A DNA stretch of 64,000 bases, from positions 1 to 64,000 of the IMG/VR virus record IMGVR_UViG_3300028610_001072, one strand, 5' to 3'. A program made the translations under genes and the position numbers. Shown in pieces: positions 18,509 through 30,525 of this stretch (its first letter is position 1; every line of letters starts with the position of its first letter). Below the pieces are notes generated by a model, which ran no database searches, was not told where the DNA came from, and saw nothing but the letters and a program-made list of their open reading frames with translations. The DNA comes from a virus.

Positions 18509-19942
18509 TGATTCGGTCCCGCTTTGGGTCCAGCCACGGTAGCTGATACCGGGTTCTCAGGTCGTTACATATCAGCAGGATATTCATCTCATCACTGCCC
18601 GGCTCCGCATTGACTACCTCGGGATTGTGCTTTTCCATGTAACTCAGGACAGCCCTGACTTTTGTGCGAAGTTTTTCCGCATTTAATCGAGTATCCACCC
18701 GCTTTTTGTAACCAACGGCCCGGCTTAGGAAGTTAGATAATTGGGTGCTCTCCCTGACCGCTTCAGATAAGAATGCCAGTCCTATATTGGTCCCCAGCCA
18801 TTGAATGATCGTGGCAGCTACTTTGGCATCGCGCTGGGTTGGCTCGGGGATTAGGTATTTGAGAAATCCGTACTTACCATTATCCGTATTCCTTTTGACC
18901 CAGTGATGTGCAAGCGTTATCTCGGATTCATTGCGGAGATTATCCGACAGGCGATGGTCGTCATAGCCCTTATGTTCGAGGAATCGCCGGGTAGATTTTA
19001 ACTCCCCCGGTGCCTTCGCCGGTGTCCAAGTATCTTCCTTGTCCGGGTAATTGCCGGGATAGTGAGTCTCCGTATCCGTCTCGAAGTATTTGAATCGCTT
19101 GGCATTATAGATCGCAAATACTGGTCTCCCGGCCCCCTGAATCTTGAGCCATACCCTTTGTCCGTCAGCGGGTTGGTCGGTTGACAGGTTGAAGTATTGA
19201 GCTTTATACAGTTGCTTGAACCGGCGAATGATCTCGCGGACGACCTCTCCCAATGCTTTTGTGGCAGCAATGTTCAGCTTGTCCTGTAGCAGCTTAGTTA
19301 GTGTTTTGGTTTTCATTGAAATATCCTCCCATAGATATTTGATTCGCAATCAGTCGTTAAAAGATTCTATGATCCGTTGGTATTCTCCCGCCGCCGGGCA
19401 TAGTCATCTGCGAACATCCCCTTGGGGAATTTGAGTTCGCTCTGATGGCCGGGATATTCCTTCCCGCACCACGTACATACTCCATCGAGCACCAGTCGCC
19501 CTTCGCAGTCGTCTTCGGTGCATTCACTGGCAATACCAAAATCTATCATCTCATTGGCGAATAGATACGGGACCGGTCCCGGTATCGGAGTCGGGGGATT
19601 GTTGCAGCCCCAGTGACCATCAGTGTTGGCATGTGCCCACCGGCCCGGCTTTTTGGATATGCCTGATAGTACCCCATCCTGATCCAGTATGGCCGGGGAA
19701 TTATCCTTGCAGTATCCACATACGATCTGGGATGAGGCTGGTTTACCGCCGTGGTACTGCACATATTTCGTGAGCTCCAGGAGCCGCCTTTCGATAAACA
19801 TCAGGGCTATGATATGCGCCCCCTGGATTTGACCCGGATCGTCTGTGAACCATAAGTTCGTTCTGAGTTTGTGCAGGAGAAGCTGGATTCTATCCTGTGC
19901 CTCATGGTATTGCTCGGCCATTAGCTGAGTGGGTGATGTCAT
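18501..19942 (-). other. Two hypothetical CDSs (18501..19349, 19367..19942)
   Basis: Long co-oriented ORFs tiling with neighbours. Confidence 0.55.
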
Positions 19943-20448
19943 TAGATCGTTTCTCCTGTCTGGCGTAGGTCCGAGATAAGCCCCTGCCATTTACCCCTTT
20001 TCTGTCCATCAGGTACAAACGCCGTTGCATAGGGTGGTGCCAGTGCGGTTATTCTCCCGAATACCGGGAGCCTGACGGTTTCACCATTCTCAAATGTCGG
20101 CGGGGTAGCTGGTTCCTGCTTAACAGCCTTCGGTTTGGCCTTCCGTTTGGCCTTCGGCTTGTTGGCATCGAGCAGCTTCACCAGTCGGCACTTACGATCT
20201 GACCACTGGCATTTTTTGCTACCAACTTTCTCCAGTATGCCCGCTTTGATCATCTCAGAGATTCGCGGCTGGGCTAATGCGCGATGGTGATGACTGCCAA
20301 ATAATTTCTCGGCGGCTTCCCGGTCAGTATAGGTGCCACCCTTGATGAACAATCCCAATACCACTTTTTCGCGGGCCTCTTTATCAAGGTCCTTATAGGC
20401 TTCTAGGGAGTTCTCATCCATCTGTTGATTGGGTCTCTTGGTAGACAT
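19942..20448 (-). CDS. Winged-HTH DNA-binding protein
   Basis: TDREAAEKL...AQPRISEMIKAGILEKVGSKKC. Confidence 0.6.
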   Translation of the reverse strand: MSTKRPNQQMDENSLEAYKDLDKEAREKVVLGLFIKGGTYTDREAAEKLFGSHHHRALAQPRISEMIKAGILEKVGSKKCQWSDRKCRLVKLLDANKPKAKRKAKPKAVKQEPATPPTFENGETVRLPVFGRITALAPPYATAFVPDGQKRGKWQGLISDLRQTGETI

Positions 20449-20449
20449 A

Positions 20450-21614
20450 TCACTCCCCCGAATCTGATGGCGCTGGTGCTAGATTGAACGCCGCATCCTC
20501 GAACTCATGGATAGTGACCCCGATACTGCGGCTGGGATCATTCTCATCCACCAGTTGTTTGGTGAATGTGGTCTTCCCGCCGGGTGGAGCCTTGGCAGTT
20601 ATCTGTTGTGGAACTGATGACTCGATGATGCTCACTTCCCTCGCGCCCTTCAGCACGATCTTGGAGTTGCCCACCGTGAGATGAATATCAAATACCTTAT
20701 TCATGTGATTTCCCTATTTTATTGATTTACCTTACTTGATGGATCAGTTTCTTGAATAGCTCCATTTCCAATCGGCTCCGACGATTGGGTAGGACTCATT
20801 TTGAATGTCCGTTCCTGAGTTTGAAGGTTGTCCGGGCATGGAAATTTTCGATCTCCCGAGCAGCGATTTCATTATCCATTTCGATGTAGATAGTATCCCC
20901 CAGCTTATAACCCACGAAGCCCTGTACCGAAACTGGAATGGATTCGTCGTCGGAGTCATCGTCTCTGACCTGAAGTTCCCCCCACTGGCGGCCAAGGCGC
21001 AGACCTTCCTGACTTACGATTTCCTTCAGGGTCTCAACTTGTGATATGACAATCTCCCGCAGGTCTCCCATTGGTGCAATTTCCTGCCACTCCTCAAGTC
21101 GGGTGATCATCTTATCGTAACTGTCCAGCCGAATAAGCGACAATAATCCCATGACCTTTTTCATGCGCTCGCTGTCCAGCCTGATCCCCCCGGCGGCCAG
21201 TGCAGTCATTAATCTGGCTTCGTGAGGAGAAATATTCTTCTCCTCACAGTATTTCTGGAAGTTCCCCATCATTCTATTTATCTCCCCCTAACGAGATAGT
21301 AGCTGGTACTATATCAGGTTGATATTCGCGCCGTTGGTACGGTCAGAAATTTTCTTCTCATACCCCTTGACTTCATTGCCCATGAACTCGATCAGCTTTT
21401 CGTAGTATTCTTCTTCAGTGAAGATACCTTTCTCGATCAGTAACGCCACCAGTGCGCCTTGATCGGACATAACGGTATTGATGCCGGTACGCATACTCTT
21501 CGCCGTGGTGGAACTATGATCATGGGTCATCATTATCGCAACCCCGGCCTGCATCCCATGAGCTAGCTTCAGGTACTCTTTCCGTAACTGATCGACTGTT
21601 TTTTTCTTCGCCAT
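20450..21614 (-). other. Three hypothetical CDSs (20450..20704, 20796..21272, 21309..21614)
   Basis: Co-oriented ORFs with AGGGA/GGAG RBSs. Confidence 0.55.
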
Positions 21615-21652
21615 CGGTTTTATCTCCTGTAATTAACTTTTAAGTGAATTAT

Positions 21653-21708
21653 GGCTCACCCATGAGCCGCAAATACTAATTACCTACTAATAAATACTAA
21701 ATTAGTAT
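21653..21708. promoter_or_regulatory. Putative operator: TACTAA direct repeats plus palindrome
   Basis: TACTAA at 21674, 21685 and 21695, inverted TTAGTA at 21702; ATACTAA-A-TTAGTAT palindrome; GGCTCA-ccca-TGAGCC hairpin; AT-rich intergenic gap. Confidence 0.45.
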
Positions 21709-21709
21709 A

Positions 21710-23698
21710 TCACCTGCTGTAAATCGCTCTGAGGGTCTTGGCCTCATGGATCGCCTTGTAGAATTCGACCCGCCAGTCTGCCTCAATATCGTGATCGACC
21801 GTCTTCGTGTTCTGCCCCATCAGGTAGGCCCCATCATAGCATTCATCGAGGGCTTCATCCAGATTGTTCCGGCCAGTCGTCGTAAGGATACCGTACTGCA
21901 CCAGATCGTTCCTCAATCCTTCGATACCTTCCCGGCCACCCGCGCCAGCAAATCCTTTGCGGACACCATCGACTATCAACCGGCGTACACAAATTGCAAT
22001 GATGTCGAATATCCGGGGATTCTCATCCCGGATAGTGTTTAGGTCTGCGCTCAGTTCCTCGATCCCTTGGTTCATGCGGATCAACTCCAGTTGGTCCATT
22101 ACGAATCCGGCGGTTTCTTTCTCGCGTTCAGTTACTTCGGATGTTCCGGTCATTTTCTCCATCTCCTAGTTCGATTGTTGTGTTTCTGAATCCCAGTAGC
22201 TGGAGATGCTGCCCGGCTTTCGGGTCCGGCTTGAATCCCAGCTCTCTCAAAGTCATTGTCACCAAAGGTTCTTGTGGTAAATCTCCTACATACTCCGAGC
22301 AGGCCACGGATTTATCAGTGACCTTCCGCCGGTGCCAGCGGGTAATGATGCAGCCCTGCTCACTGGCAAATACACAGTCCCCGCAAGTCTTCCCGGCCAC
22401 ATCGAAATTGAGCTGATCATTGATTCTCATGCTCGAACTTCCTTATAGGCTTGATCCCAAAGTTGTTTATTTCTACCCCCTATACCTCGGCCTGCACTTG
22501 CTGCTTTCGACAGAACCCACCTGGGGCCATATTCCTCTGCCATTAATTCCTCGAACCTAAGTCTGGTGGCTTCATCATTCCCCGCGACCACCTCATAAGC
22601 CTCTACTTCGATTGGGATTCGTGGGTCCATTGCGAGTAGCTTTGCCACAAATTCTTCGTTACTCTCTGAGAATACTAATGCTTGGGCGAGAGTGTCAACG
22701 TCGTTTTTGTTCATTCCCTAACCGCCCCCCTGCTGTTTGTACTTCCAGTTTTTCAGATAGAGATTGCCCTCAGTATCACATCTCATTATGCTAAAGTCCA
22801 GCCATGCCCCATTGCCGGGCAGCGAGCCAGTCTGTACCCATGCCGCTTTGTCAGCCAAGTGGAGCACATACGGGTGAGGTAGTTCTTCCCAACCCTTCAG
22901 GATGGTGTACTTGTTGATGTCCATCTCCATGATGACATCTAAGCAGCCCAGTAAATCCTGATACTTACTCATGTGACTTCCTGACTGATGGTATATTCGT
23001 GTTTGGCCGCCCAGACCAGTGCCTTGTGCTGATCCTTGAAAGCTGGCGAGCACTCCAATGGTCCACCGGTGATCCCCGCTGCTTTATCCTGCATGACTCC
23101 AATGGTGTAGACATCGATGATCCCGGTTTTTTGACTATTGGTTATCGGGAGACCAGTCTCAGGATCGATTTTATACCGCTTATCGAAAGTGATGTCGTGA
23201 AGTATCTCCACCCCCCACTCTTCCAGTACCATCTTGCCCTGATCACTAAGCTGGCTCATCATCATCCTTTTCCATAGCAATGGAGTATTTCAGTTTGATG
23301 GCCTCTTTATCCAATGTTTTCGCTTTCGCCTTCATATCTGTGACCCGCTTGACCACTTCTCGGTTCTCGGGGGTATTCAGCGCCAGTTGCTTGCCACTCT
23401 CTCTGCTACGCTTTTTCTTTGTATCGATAGTCCAGTATTCGCCACCCTCGGTTTGTGAGGTCACGGTTACAATTTTAAATGCCTGTTCGCGGAAATTGGG
23501 ATTGGTGAGAATGATTGCCTCAAAGCGGTCAAATTCCTTTTCAACCTTGATGAACTTATCGATGCGCTTCCGCACGTCCTTGATTTTCTCCCTGCCGTAG
23601 ATGGGATTTTTGGCACCTGCTAATTCGCATTCCCATTGCTCGGTATTATCCTGATACCAGACCTCGACTCCCTTATATTCATGATTACCTATTCTCAT
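21710..23698 (-). other. Cluster of small hypothetical CDSs (21710..22162, 22128..22430, 22427..22714, 22718..22972, 22969..23280, 23246..23698)
   Basis: Overlapping or abutting co-oriented ORFs. Confidence 0.55.
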
Positions 23699-24176
23699 CG
23701 CTTTCCCCTATGATTGATTTTAGCAGTTCTGGGTGATCCCTCCCCGGACCTATGCGCTTCAGCTTTGCAGCGGTTTCATGCCCGATGTCGGTATGATTAT
23801 TGCCGCTGATCTTGGCTATCTTACTGTAGCCATGATCCTGTATAAATTTTATTATATAGTAGAGCGGGGTATCATCCAGCGATGGCTGCATGACAACATC
23901 TTCAAAATTTAGTTTATCGCCATCAATATCCTTCAGGCCGGTCCAGTTCTCAATCCCAATTCCCATGTATCGCTTGGCATGTTCTGCGAGATGATGCTCC
24001 AGCAACCATGCGGCCTGTCGCATACACCCGCTCCACCAGCGATAGGTTTGGATTAGATTTGTTTCCCGCTGCTTATCAGGGGCATCGCTGGAAAACTTGA
24101 CGTTCCCTGCATGGATCATATCTGCCGTTTCTTCAATGTCGTCGGCATACTGCTTCAATATCTCAATCGTGTTCAT
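23685..24176 (-). CDS. YopX-like domain protein
   Basis: WTGLKDIDGDKLNFEDVV...IG...HPELL matches the YopX pattern. Confidence 0.6.
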   Translation of the reverse strand: MNTIEILKQYADDIEETADMIHAGNVKFSSDAPDKQRETNLIQTYRWWSGCMRQAAWLLEHHLAEHAKRYMGIGIENWTGLKDIDGDKLNFEDVVMQPSLDDTPLYYIIKFIQDHGYSKIAKISGNNHTDIGHETAAKLKRIGPGRDHPELLKSIIGESDENR

Positions 24177-26049
24177 CGCTTTCCCCTATGTTAGTTTTGC
24201 CGGTCCCCAGTAGGTTCGCACCACCTGTATCGATTAAGGCTTGGAAAGAATCGCTATCCCCAGTAACTCGGACCATGAGCTCAATCAGATTCCGCATACC
24301 CTCTCTGAGATTGGTGAAATAATCCTCTCGCTCCTGTGTCCATTCCATCCAGCGGTATTTACCATCGCTGTAGCCAAACTGCCTGTCCCCACGGGGATTA
24401 CCACCCTCAACATAATGTGTATAATCGTGCTGGCCTGTGTATTCATTATTCATAGGGCCGCCGTATGTGTAGGGTTGGGTATAAGTCACCAGACTGCCAT
24501 ACTCCTGCCGCTCACATATAATAAAATCGAGACTTACTTCGTCCAATCTCTCATGCTCATAATGGTTGCTATCCTTACCCCTGCTGTATTTGAATATATA
24601 GAGGATGACTTTGGTTATCTGAGGTTTCTCCAGTAGGAATGCCCCAAAATAGAGCTCCGCTTTTTCGATGACAGCTTTCTCGATCTCACCAACAAGAGCT
24701 GGCTCGCGGGTATGTATTGATCTAACCGAGATGCCGCCCATCAATTCCGCGATCTCTGGGTTGGTTGGCTTGAAGTCCTTCCACTCTTCCGGTGCAGCGA
24801 TGTAGAAGAGCTTGCTCTTGGGACTATACATCAGGTGGGTTTCCCATACTGTATGCTCAGGGATTTCTTTGCCCTCGTCACCCTTGAATTTTGGAAGGAT
24901 GTCCACTTTGCGAATTTTAGCCATTGATGTCCCCTACCTTGATATTGCCCAAACTATAGTAACCATTGCCACCTGCTATCAGCTTCCCCTCTGCGAGCAT
25001 GGTATCCACTACGACCTCATCGATCACGGTATTCTTACCCAGTCGAAATCTTGTGCCTTGTATCGAGCGTAACTTGGCTCCCCGTGCCATGCGGCGGATC
25101 ACCAGACTTTGCTGATACTCAAAACGGGACGATTTGCTCATCTGCCCTACCTTCTGTTTTTAACCATTCATTGTAGATTAGGATATTGCGCCCTTCCTCT
25201 GCTGTGGCGTTGATCGGATCGAATGTTGTTGGATCGTAAGTAGCTGGATCGAATGCCGGTGGTTTCGTCTCATCAGGCTCCTCAATCGTCTCAGGTCTGT
25301 CATCCACTGGGTCATCGATAGGGGCCTTCGTATCAACCGTATCGGTTTTATCCCGGTACTTCTTTTTCAGTAGATATACATTACCCCCGCTGTCGATCCT
25401 CAATGATGATAGCGCCACCCACTTATTGATTGCCCCTCTGGCCGTGATCATTACCCTGTCACCTTCCACCGCATCGATGCAGGGCCTATTCATCTTGAAC
25501 ATCGCCTCGAGCAATGTGTAATTATCCCGCTCCTCGTCGGTGATCTCCTTGGCAAGCTTCAGGAAGAGGCTGTACTTCATTGCCATTGCTCCGGCTTGGT
25601 ATCAGACGCTGGGCAGAGAGTATGCTTCCCCACCGTCTTGGCATGTTTATGAAGTTTTCCCTCTTTACTGACCCGAATCGCCCTCAGACATTGTGAGCAG
25701 ATCACCCGGTTTAAATTCAGTCTCTTATGGCTCGTTGTCAGATGGTTCATACTTCGGTCCCTCGATAGTCATACAATCCTGATACCGGATCGGTTAGCTC
25801 ATAGATATGATGCAGGGTTTCACGCTCCTCTGATTGCTGATTGGCATCACGGATGAAAATTTCATCGGCATATTCCCCCTCGCAAAATATATCGAAGGAT
25901 ATAGTTGTATATTTGCCCAACATTATGGAGGCAGCCTTACCGGGACACGCTCTCCCTGTTATACCGTCAAGGGGACCATGTACGAAATGGAAATATTTCC
26001 CATGACAGGTCTCGAGGGTGTAGGTGCCTTCTTCACATAAGCTCATCAA
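24163..26049 (-). other. Cluster of hypothetical CDSs (24163..24924, 24917..25141, 25119..25586, 25577..25750, 25747..26049)
   Basis: Tiling ORFs; 25577..25750 (57 aa, CSQC...H...C) found manually. Confidence 0.55.
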
Positions 26050-26696
26050 AATATCCCTATCTGGTTGCCGCTGGATTCATTCGGCATTACCTCTTTCTCA
26101 GTACCCTTAAACTTTTTCTGAGCCTCGTCGAATTCCATTACTTTTTTGGCTACGCATAGCAACCGGGCTGCATTATTGGGTCCCACAAATAGGGGGTGGT
26201 ATGCCACGGCTTCCATACCGTTTTCATTGTAGGCCGGTATCTGAATGATGTGCATGATCATACACAATCCGCCTATCTCCAATACCTTGGCCGCTTCGCG
26301 TTGAATCCGCATCGGTCTCGGTAGGTGATCGCCATGCTCCGTCCACTCGCTGGAGTAGCCTGCATTGTACGGCGGGTCAGCCATGATAATATCATACTGG
26401 GAGTCAGTGGGTAAACTATCATAGTGGCATACAATATCTGCCCCCGTCTCATAGCGAATGTCCGTGGTGATGGCTCCATACTTTTCCTTCAGCTCCCCGG
26501 ACCCGGAGAACATCTCCAGTATGCGTTGGCCCTCGAGCGGGTAATGAGCGTTCAGGTAGGAAATGAACCTACCCGGATACCGTTGCTTCTGGCCGGTGCT
26601 GGGACTGGGACCAGTGGCGAAGGGTGTCACGTCCAGATCATTGAAGTAGAACTTCTGAATCCCGTTCACTACCTCGGCATGAATGTTTTCCATCAT
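26046..26696 (-). CDS. DNA amino-methyltransferase (N6-adenine/N4-cytosine)
   Basis: SAM-binding LEMFSGSG followed by catalytic DPPY. Confidence 0.8.
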   Translation of the reverse strand: MMENIHAEVVNGIQKFYFNDLDVTPFATGPSPSTGQKQRYPGRFISYLNAHYPLEGQRILEMFSGSGELKEKYGAITTDIRYETGADIVCHYDSLPTDSQYDIIMADPPYNAGYSSEWTEHGDHLPRPMRIQREAAKVLEIGGLCMIMHIIQIPAYNENGMEAVAYHPLFVGPNNAARLLCVAKKVMEFDEAQKKFKGTEKEVMPNESSGNQIGIF

Positions 26697-27022
26697 TGCT
26701 TGGTAAACCCCCTATGCTTACCGCAACCGTCTTCGGTACTGACTCTCGGCCAGCCGGAAATCTCTTCCAATTTAGTCGGCGTTGTCTGCGCCACAATGCT
26801 CACCGTCGGGGGATTGATGCGGCATTGCTTGACTGTCCCATTATCCCGGTAGGCAAAAACGCAGTTGCCACAGGACCTGCCATGCGGCTCGAATTCATAC
26901 TGGCCTATAGCCTTCAGTATCGCAGTAATTACTAAGAGCTCTGACCGTATCTCCGCGATCCCATTTGAGATGGCTGACCACCATGTCTTGATCGACGGCC
27001 ATTGTTTTTTGTGAAATTTCAT
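26693..27022 (-). CDS. Cys-rich hypothetical phage protein
   Basis: CGNC...CRINPP...WPRV...CGKH. Confidence 0.6.
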   Translation of the reverse strand: MKFHKKQWPSIKTWWSAISNGIAEIRSELLVITAILKAIGQYEFEPHGRSCGNCVFAYRDNGTVKQCRINPPTVSIVAQTTPTKLEEISGWPRVSTEDGCGKHRGFTKQ

Positions 27023-27777
27023 AATATTGTTCCTTTGGTTAAGTCTCTGATCGCAGCTTCTACGTCCGGGCTGAGAGCATCCTTATGCCCTTCCGGGTCT
27101 CCAATTTGAATGTGGCCGCCCCGCATTCCAATCTTGATCCCTGCAATAATATCATTGGTGTATCCGTCCGGGGGCCGCTTCATTGTCAGTACCCTTTTCA
27201 CGTACTCCACAGAACTATGATCAATTATCCACTGGCATTCCATTTCATTTAATCGGTAGTCCAGATTCAGTATCCGGGGGATGTCCTGAAATATGAAGAA
27301 CGGCTTGAAGGTATCCTCATATCTATAGAACCGCAGCAGGTACTCGCGCTTCGTTGACTGCTCCACCAGCATTTGTAGCATCTGGGCGTACTTAATCAGC
27401 CTTTCTACTCCCCACTCGCTGAGAGCGTAGTCATCCAGTGTCAGCCCCCCTTCCATCAGGCTCTTGAAATAACTGTCCTCTGGGGGATGAACCTTATACC
27501 AGCGGTACATACTGCACAGGATCGCTACGGGATCGCGCAATAGAATATTGATGTTAGCCCCTATCGGGTACTGTGTTGGCTTTGTCATCTCTGGTAGATC
27601 GGGAATATTGATGTTATGAAATCCGAAATGTGTAACCTTGACCCAGTATCGCAACCAGCTCCAGCCTACCGGACTGGCCGTTCCGATGTACTGCGTCAGG
27701 AATAATATCAGCAGAAGTTCCAGCCGATTTTTCCCGCTCTTGGGATAGGAGAGTAGGATATTTCTCATTTTAATCAC
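27019..27777 (-). CDS. Sulfotransferase-domain protein
   Basis: SYPKSG (5'-PSB loop), VKVTH, LLRDPVAILCS (3'-PB), RYED. Confidence 0.7.
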   Translation of the reverse strand: MIKMRNILLSYPKSGKNRLELLLILFLTQYIGTASPVGWSWLRYWVKVTHFGFHNINIPDLPEMTKPTQYPIGANINILLRDPVAILCSMYRWYKVHPPEDSYFKSLMEGGLTLDDYALSEWGVERLIKYAQMLQMLVEQSTKREYLLRFYRYEDTFKPFFIFQDIPRILNLDYRLNEMECQWIIDHSSVEYVKRVLTMKRPPDGYTNDIIAGIKIGMRGGHIQIGDPEGHKDALSPDVEAAIRDLTKGTIL

Positions 27778-29105
27778 CTCTTTCCTAGTGTTGCTGTATG
27801 GACTTCATAGATTTTTCTTTTTAGTTTTTGCGCACTGCCTTTGCCAAATAATTCATTGGCAGCATTTGTCACACTATCTAAGTACATGTCACGCCCCTGA
27901 AGTTCTAATATAGCCTGTTTTGATTCACCGTCACGAAATCCACGATTATACTCTTTTTTACAGTTTTTACACATCTCTCAAGCCTTTCCTAGTGCCGCTA
28001 TTCATGCCATACAAGTCCACAACTATTACATCCCATTTGATAGCCATCCATTTCTGGTAGCCCCCTACTGGCATCTGCTTCCTGAAATCCGCCCCCATGC
28101 ATTTCTACGTCAATGCTCCCACATTCACATTTCGGGCCTTTCGGGCTTTTAACCAAGGCTCTCAATCGTTCAATCTCCTGCTGTGCTGCGGATAGTTCAG
28201 TTTGGAGTTGAGTTTTTGTTGGACGCAATATTTTAACAAGCCCATCACGAACTGAGATATTATACAATACCGAATATTTAGAATAGAAAAGATTTAAGGC
28301 TTCGTCTATTTTTTTGATTTTTTCTGCTCTGTCGTTCATTTTGACTGCCCCATTTTTAATGGCTTAGGCATGACCATTCTTCCTTCGGTGTGGTGACATA
28401 TTTGTCGCTGGGCCAGTGACAGAATTGTCACCAGTTTTTCCCCGTAATTTGTCGAGGTTAGATACTGTCTTATCCACAGTATCCACAATCTTTTCAACAT
28501 CCTCTGGTTCAACCGGCTCAACCTCTCCAGATTTGATGTCCTTGGGAGCTGGTACTGCTTTCATTCTGACACCTCATGGGGGTAGTTTGTTTCTTTTAAT
28601 TTTCTCTCGATGGTATGGCTGCTTTTTTTCCCTATCTGAAATTGGTCCTTCCAAGTTAATTTGAATGAAGGATGTAGAAACCAAGTGAGCCACATACGAA
28701 TTACGTCCCACCAATTGTCGGGATATATGAAAATTGATTCGTAGTCTTCATTGTAATAATATTTCATATTATCTGTACCTTTTTTATCCTGCATCTCCAG
28801 ACTGGCAGGGTTTTAAATTTGATCTTCATTCCCAGTGGCAGGCGTTTGGATAGCTGCTCGGTTAGAAATTTGACATCCTTGGGTCTTGCGCTGATCATTA
28901 TAGTGAACTTCTCACCTTCCCCGGTATGGTCAATCACTCCAGCCCTGTTCCATGCCAGCATTGCTGATTTGATGTCCCCTAGTTTCTTGAATGCCAGCCC
29001 GCTGTAGGGGCAGACAAACTCCATAACCCTACAATAATCCTGCGCCTCTGGGTGGTAATATATGCACCCTGCTTCACCGCAGGGATCGTGATTCAGATGC
29101 TCCAT
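27774..29105 (-). other. Cluster of small hypothetical CDSs (27774..27974, 27998..28339, 28364..28564, 28561..28794, 28764..29105)
   Basis: Co-oriented short ORFs in a visibly AT-richer stretch. Confidence 0.45.
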
Positions 29106-29144
29106 AATGGCCTCGTCATTTTCAATTTGAATAGCTTCATGTTT

Positions 29145-29804
29145 TTACCTATCAGGGGGATTTCCATCCTCGACCTCTACTTTGATTGTTTTCAGAAACT
29201 TGACCCGTGCATTGAATACATCGCCGTAGGTTTTTCGGATAGCCCACTTTTTCCAGCCTGCATATTTCTGGGCGGCATATTTCCATGCCTGATGCTCGCT
29301 GTACTTCTTATCGATGAACCATTTCCGGTGATGCTCGAACAGGAACAGGGTCAGGTCTGCTGCATACTCGAAATCGTTCTCCAGTAGGTCGATCACCGTG
29401 GCATCATCCCAGTCTTCCAGATCGCCAAGGTCAGCATTCTTTCGGAGCTTCTGGCGGATGTGATTAGCTGTGCCAAGTGACATACCGAATTCCCCGTAGG
29501 ATGGCTCACCGTGATCCTCTTTCAATCCCAGAGATGATTCCATCCATGCCAGCCCGGCCAGTGTATGGCCGCGCCTTGGGTCCTGCTGCTCGCCATACCT
29601 GATACATCGGCGGGCGAATTCCTTCTGCTCATCGGTGGCCCACTTATCCCACTCCTGCATTGGAGTTAAGATAGCAGCTATTTTATCCTTGGCAAGCAGG
29701 AGCTGCACTTTCAACAGCGCCACTCCGACTGTACCAAGATATATGAATGTTGATCTCTTCAAAATATTACCTCGTCTGATTACCCTATCTATGAAAGTAC
29801 GCAT
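29145..29804 (-). CDS. Lysozyme-like / SLT transglycosylase-domain protein
   Basis: LAGLAWMESSLG (catalytic ES), YGEFGM, AQKYAG; hydrophobic N-terminal segment. Confidence 0.55.
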   Translation of the reverse strand: MRTFIDRVIRRGNILKRSTFIYLGTVGVALLKVQLLLAKDKIAAILTPMQEWDKWATDEQKEFARRCIRYGEQQDPRRGHTLAGLAWMESSLGLKEDHGEPSYGEFGMSLGTANHIRQKLRKNADLGDLEDWDDATVIDLLENDFEYAADLTLFLFEHHRKWFIDKKYSEHQAWKYAAQKYAGWKKWAIRKTYGDVFNARVKFLKTIKVEVEDGNPPDR

Positions 29805-30525
29805 TGGTCCTTTGGCCCCTTGGTTGCTTCACAATGCACCAGTTACTCTCGATCTTCTTCAGGTTAGCCATGAGGGTGGCTTTTCGTGGAATAGTTGTCA
29901 GGCGGGATTGGTGGTGCTCTTCAATAAGATGCGATATGATCTGGCCGATCTCGCACCCCGGATGAGCTTCGATATATTTCTTGACGATTTCGATCATCTC
30001 TTTATAAGGGGTAAAATATCCACCCCCTTTTGTTCCAGCATTAGAGTAATTGGAAGTTAAACGATGATTGTCCGTAATCAAGGGAAGAATGGTCTTTTTT
30101 ATATATTTGTGATGGCCTCGTTGTATCACGGGGGGGACCACTTGATCAATGTTGTCGTCCTGCATAAAAACCTCGAATACTCCAACCTTGTAATCGCGGC
30201 AGACCTGTATGGCGAACTCCCGATCATCACTGCGGATCACATGATTGAAGACAGGATGGCGGCGGGCGGAAATCGCAACGCTAGAGCAGTGGACATATCT
30301 CCGGTTCCTAACAGCTTGCCGGATCACCGTCATGCTTAGGTTCTTTTTGAGTTCGATCCCATGTAGGAGAGGTCCCTTCATCCCTATGATGTCCACAATC
30401 GGGGACCCCATTCCACCCATCCGCACTTCTTGAAATATCTCGTTCTCCTGCTGCTCCAGAAACTGAACCACCAAGGGGGCAAGGTCCGCTTCAGTGAATA
30501 TGCCAATTTTAGGTTCGGACATCAT
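29785..30525 (-). CDS. PD-(D/E)XK-type nuclease-like protein (DUF2161-like)
   Basis: EADL...QEV...VDII...IELK...IRQA; NAGTKGG..TPY. Confidence 0.6.
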   Translation of the reverse strand: MMSEPKIGIFTEADLAPLVVQFLEQQENEIFQEVRMGGMGSPIVDIIGMKGPLLHGIELKKNLSMTVIRQAVRNRRYVHCSSVAISARRHPVFNHVIRSDDREFAIQVCRDYKVGVFEVFMQDDNIDQVVPPVIQRGHHKYIKKTILPLITDNHRLTSNYSNAGTKGGGYFTPYKEMIEIVKKYIEAHPGCEIGQIISHLIEEHHQSRLTTIPRKATLMANLKKIESNWCIVKQPRGQRTNAYFHR

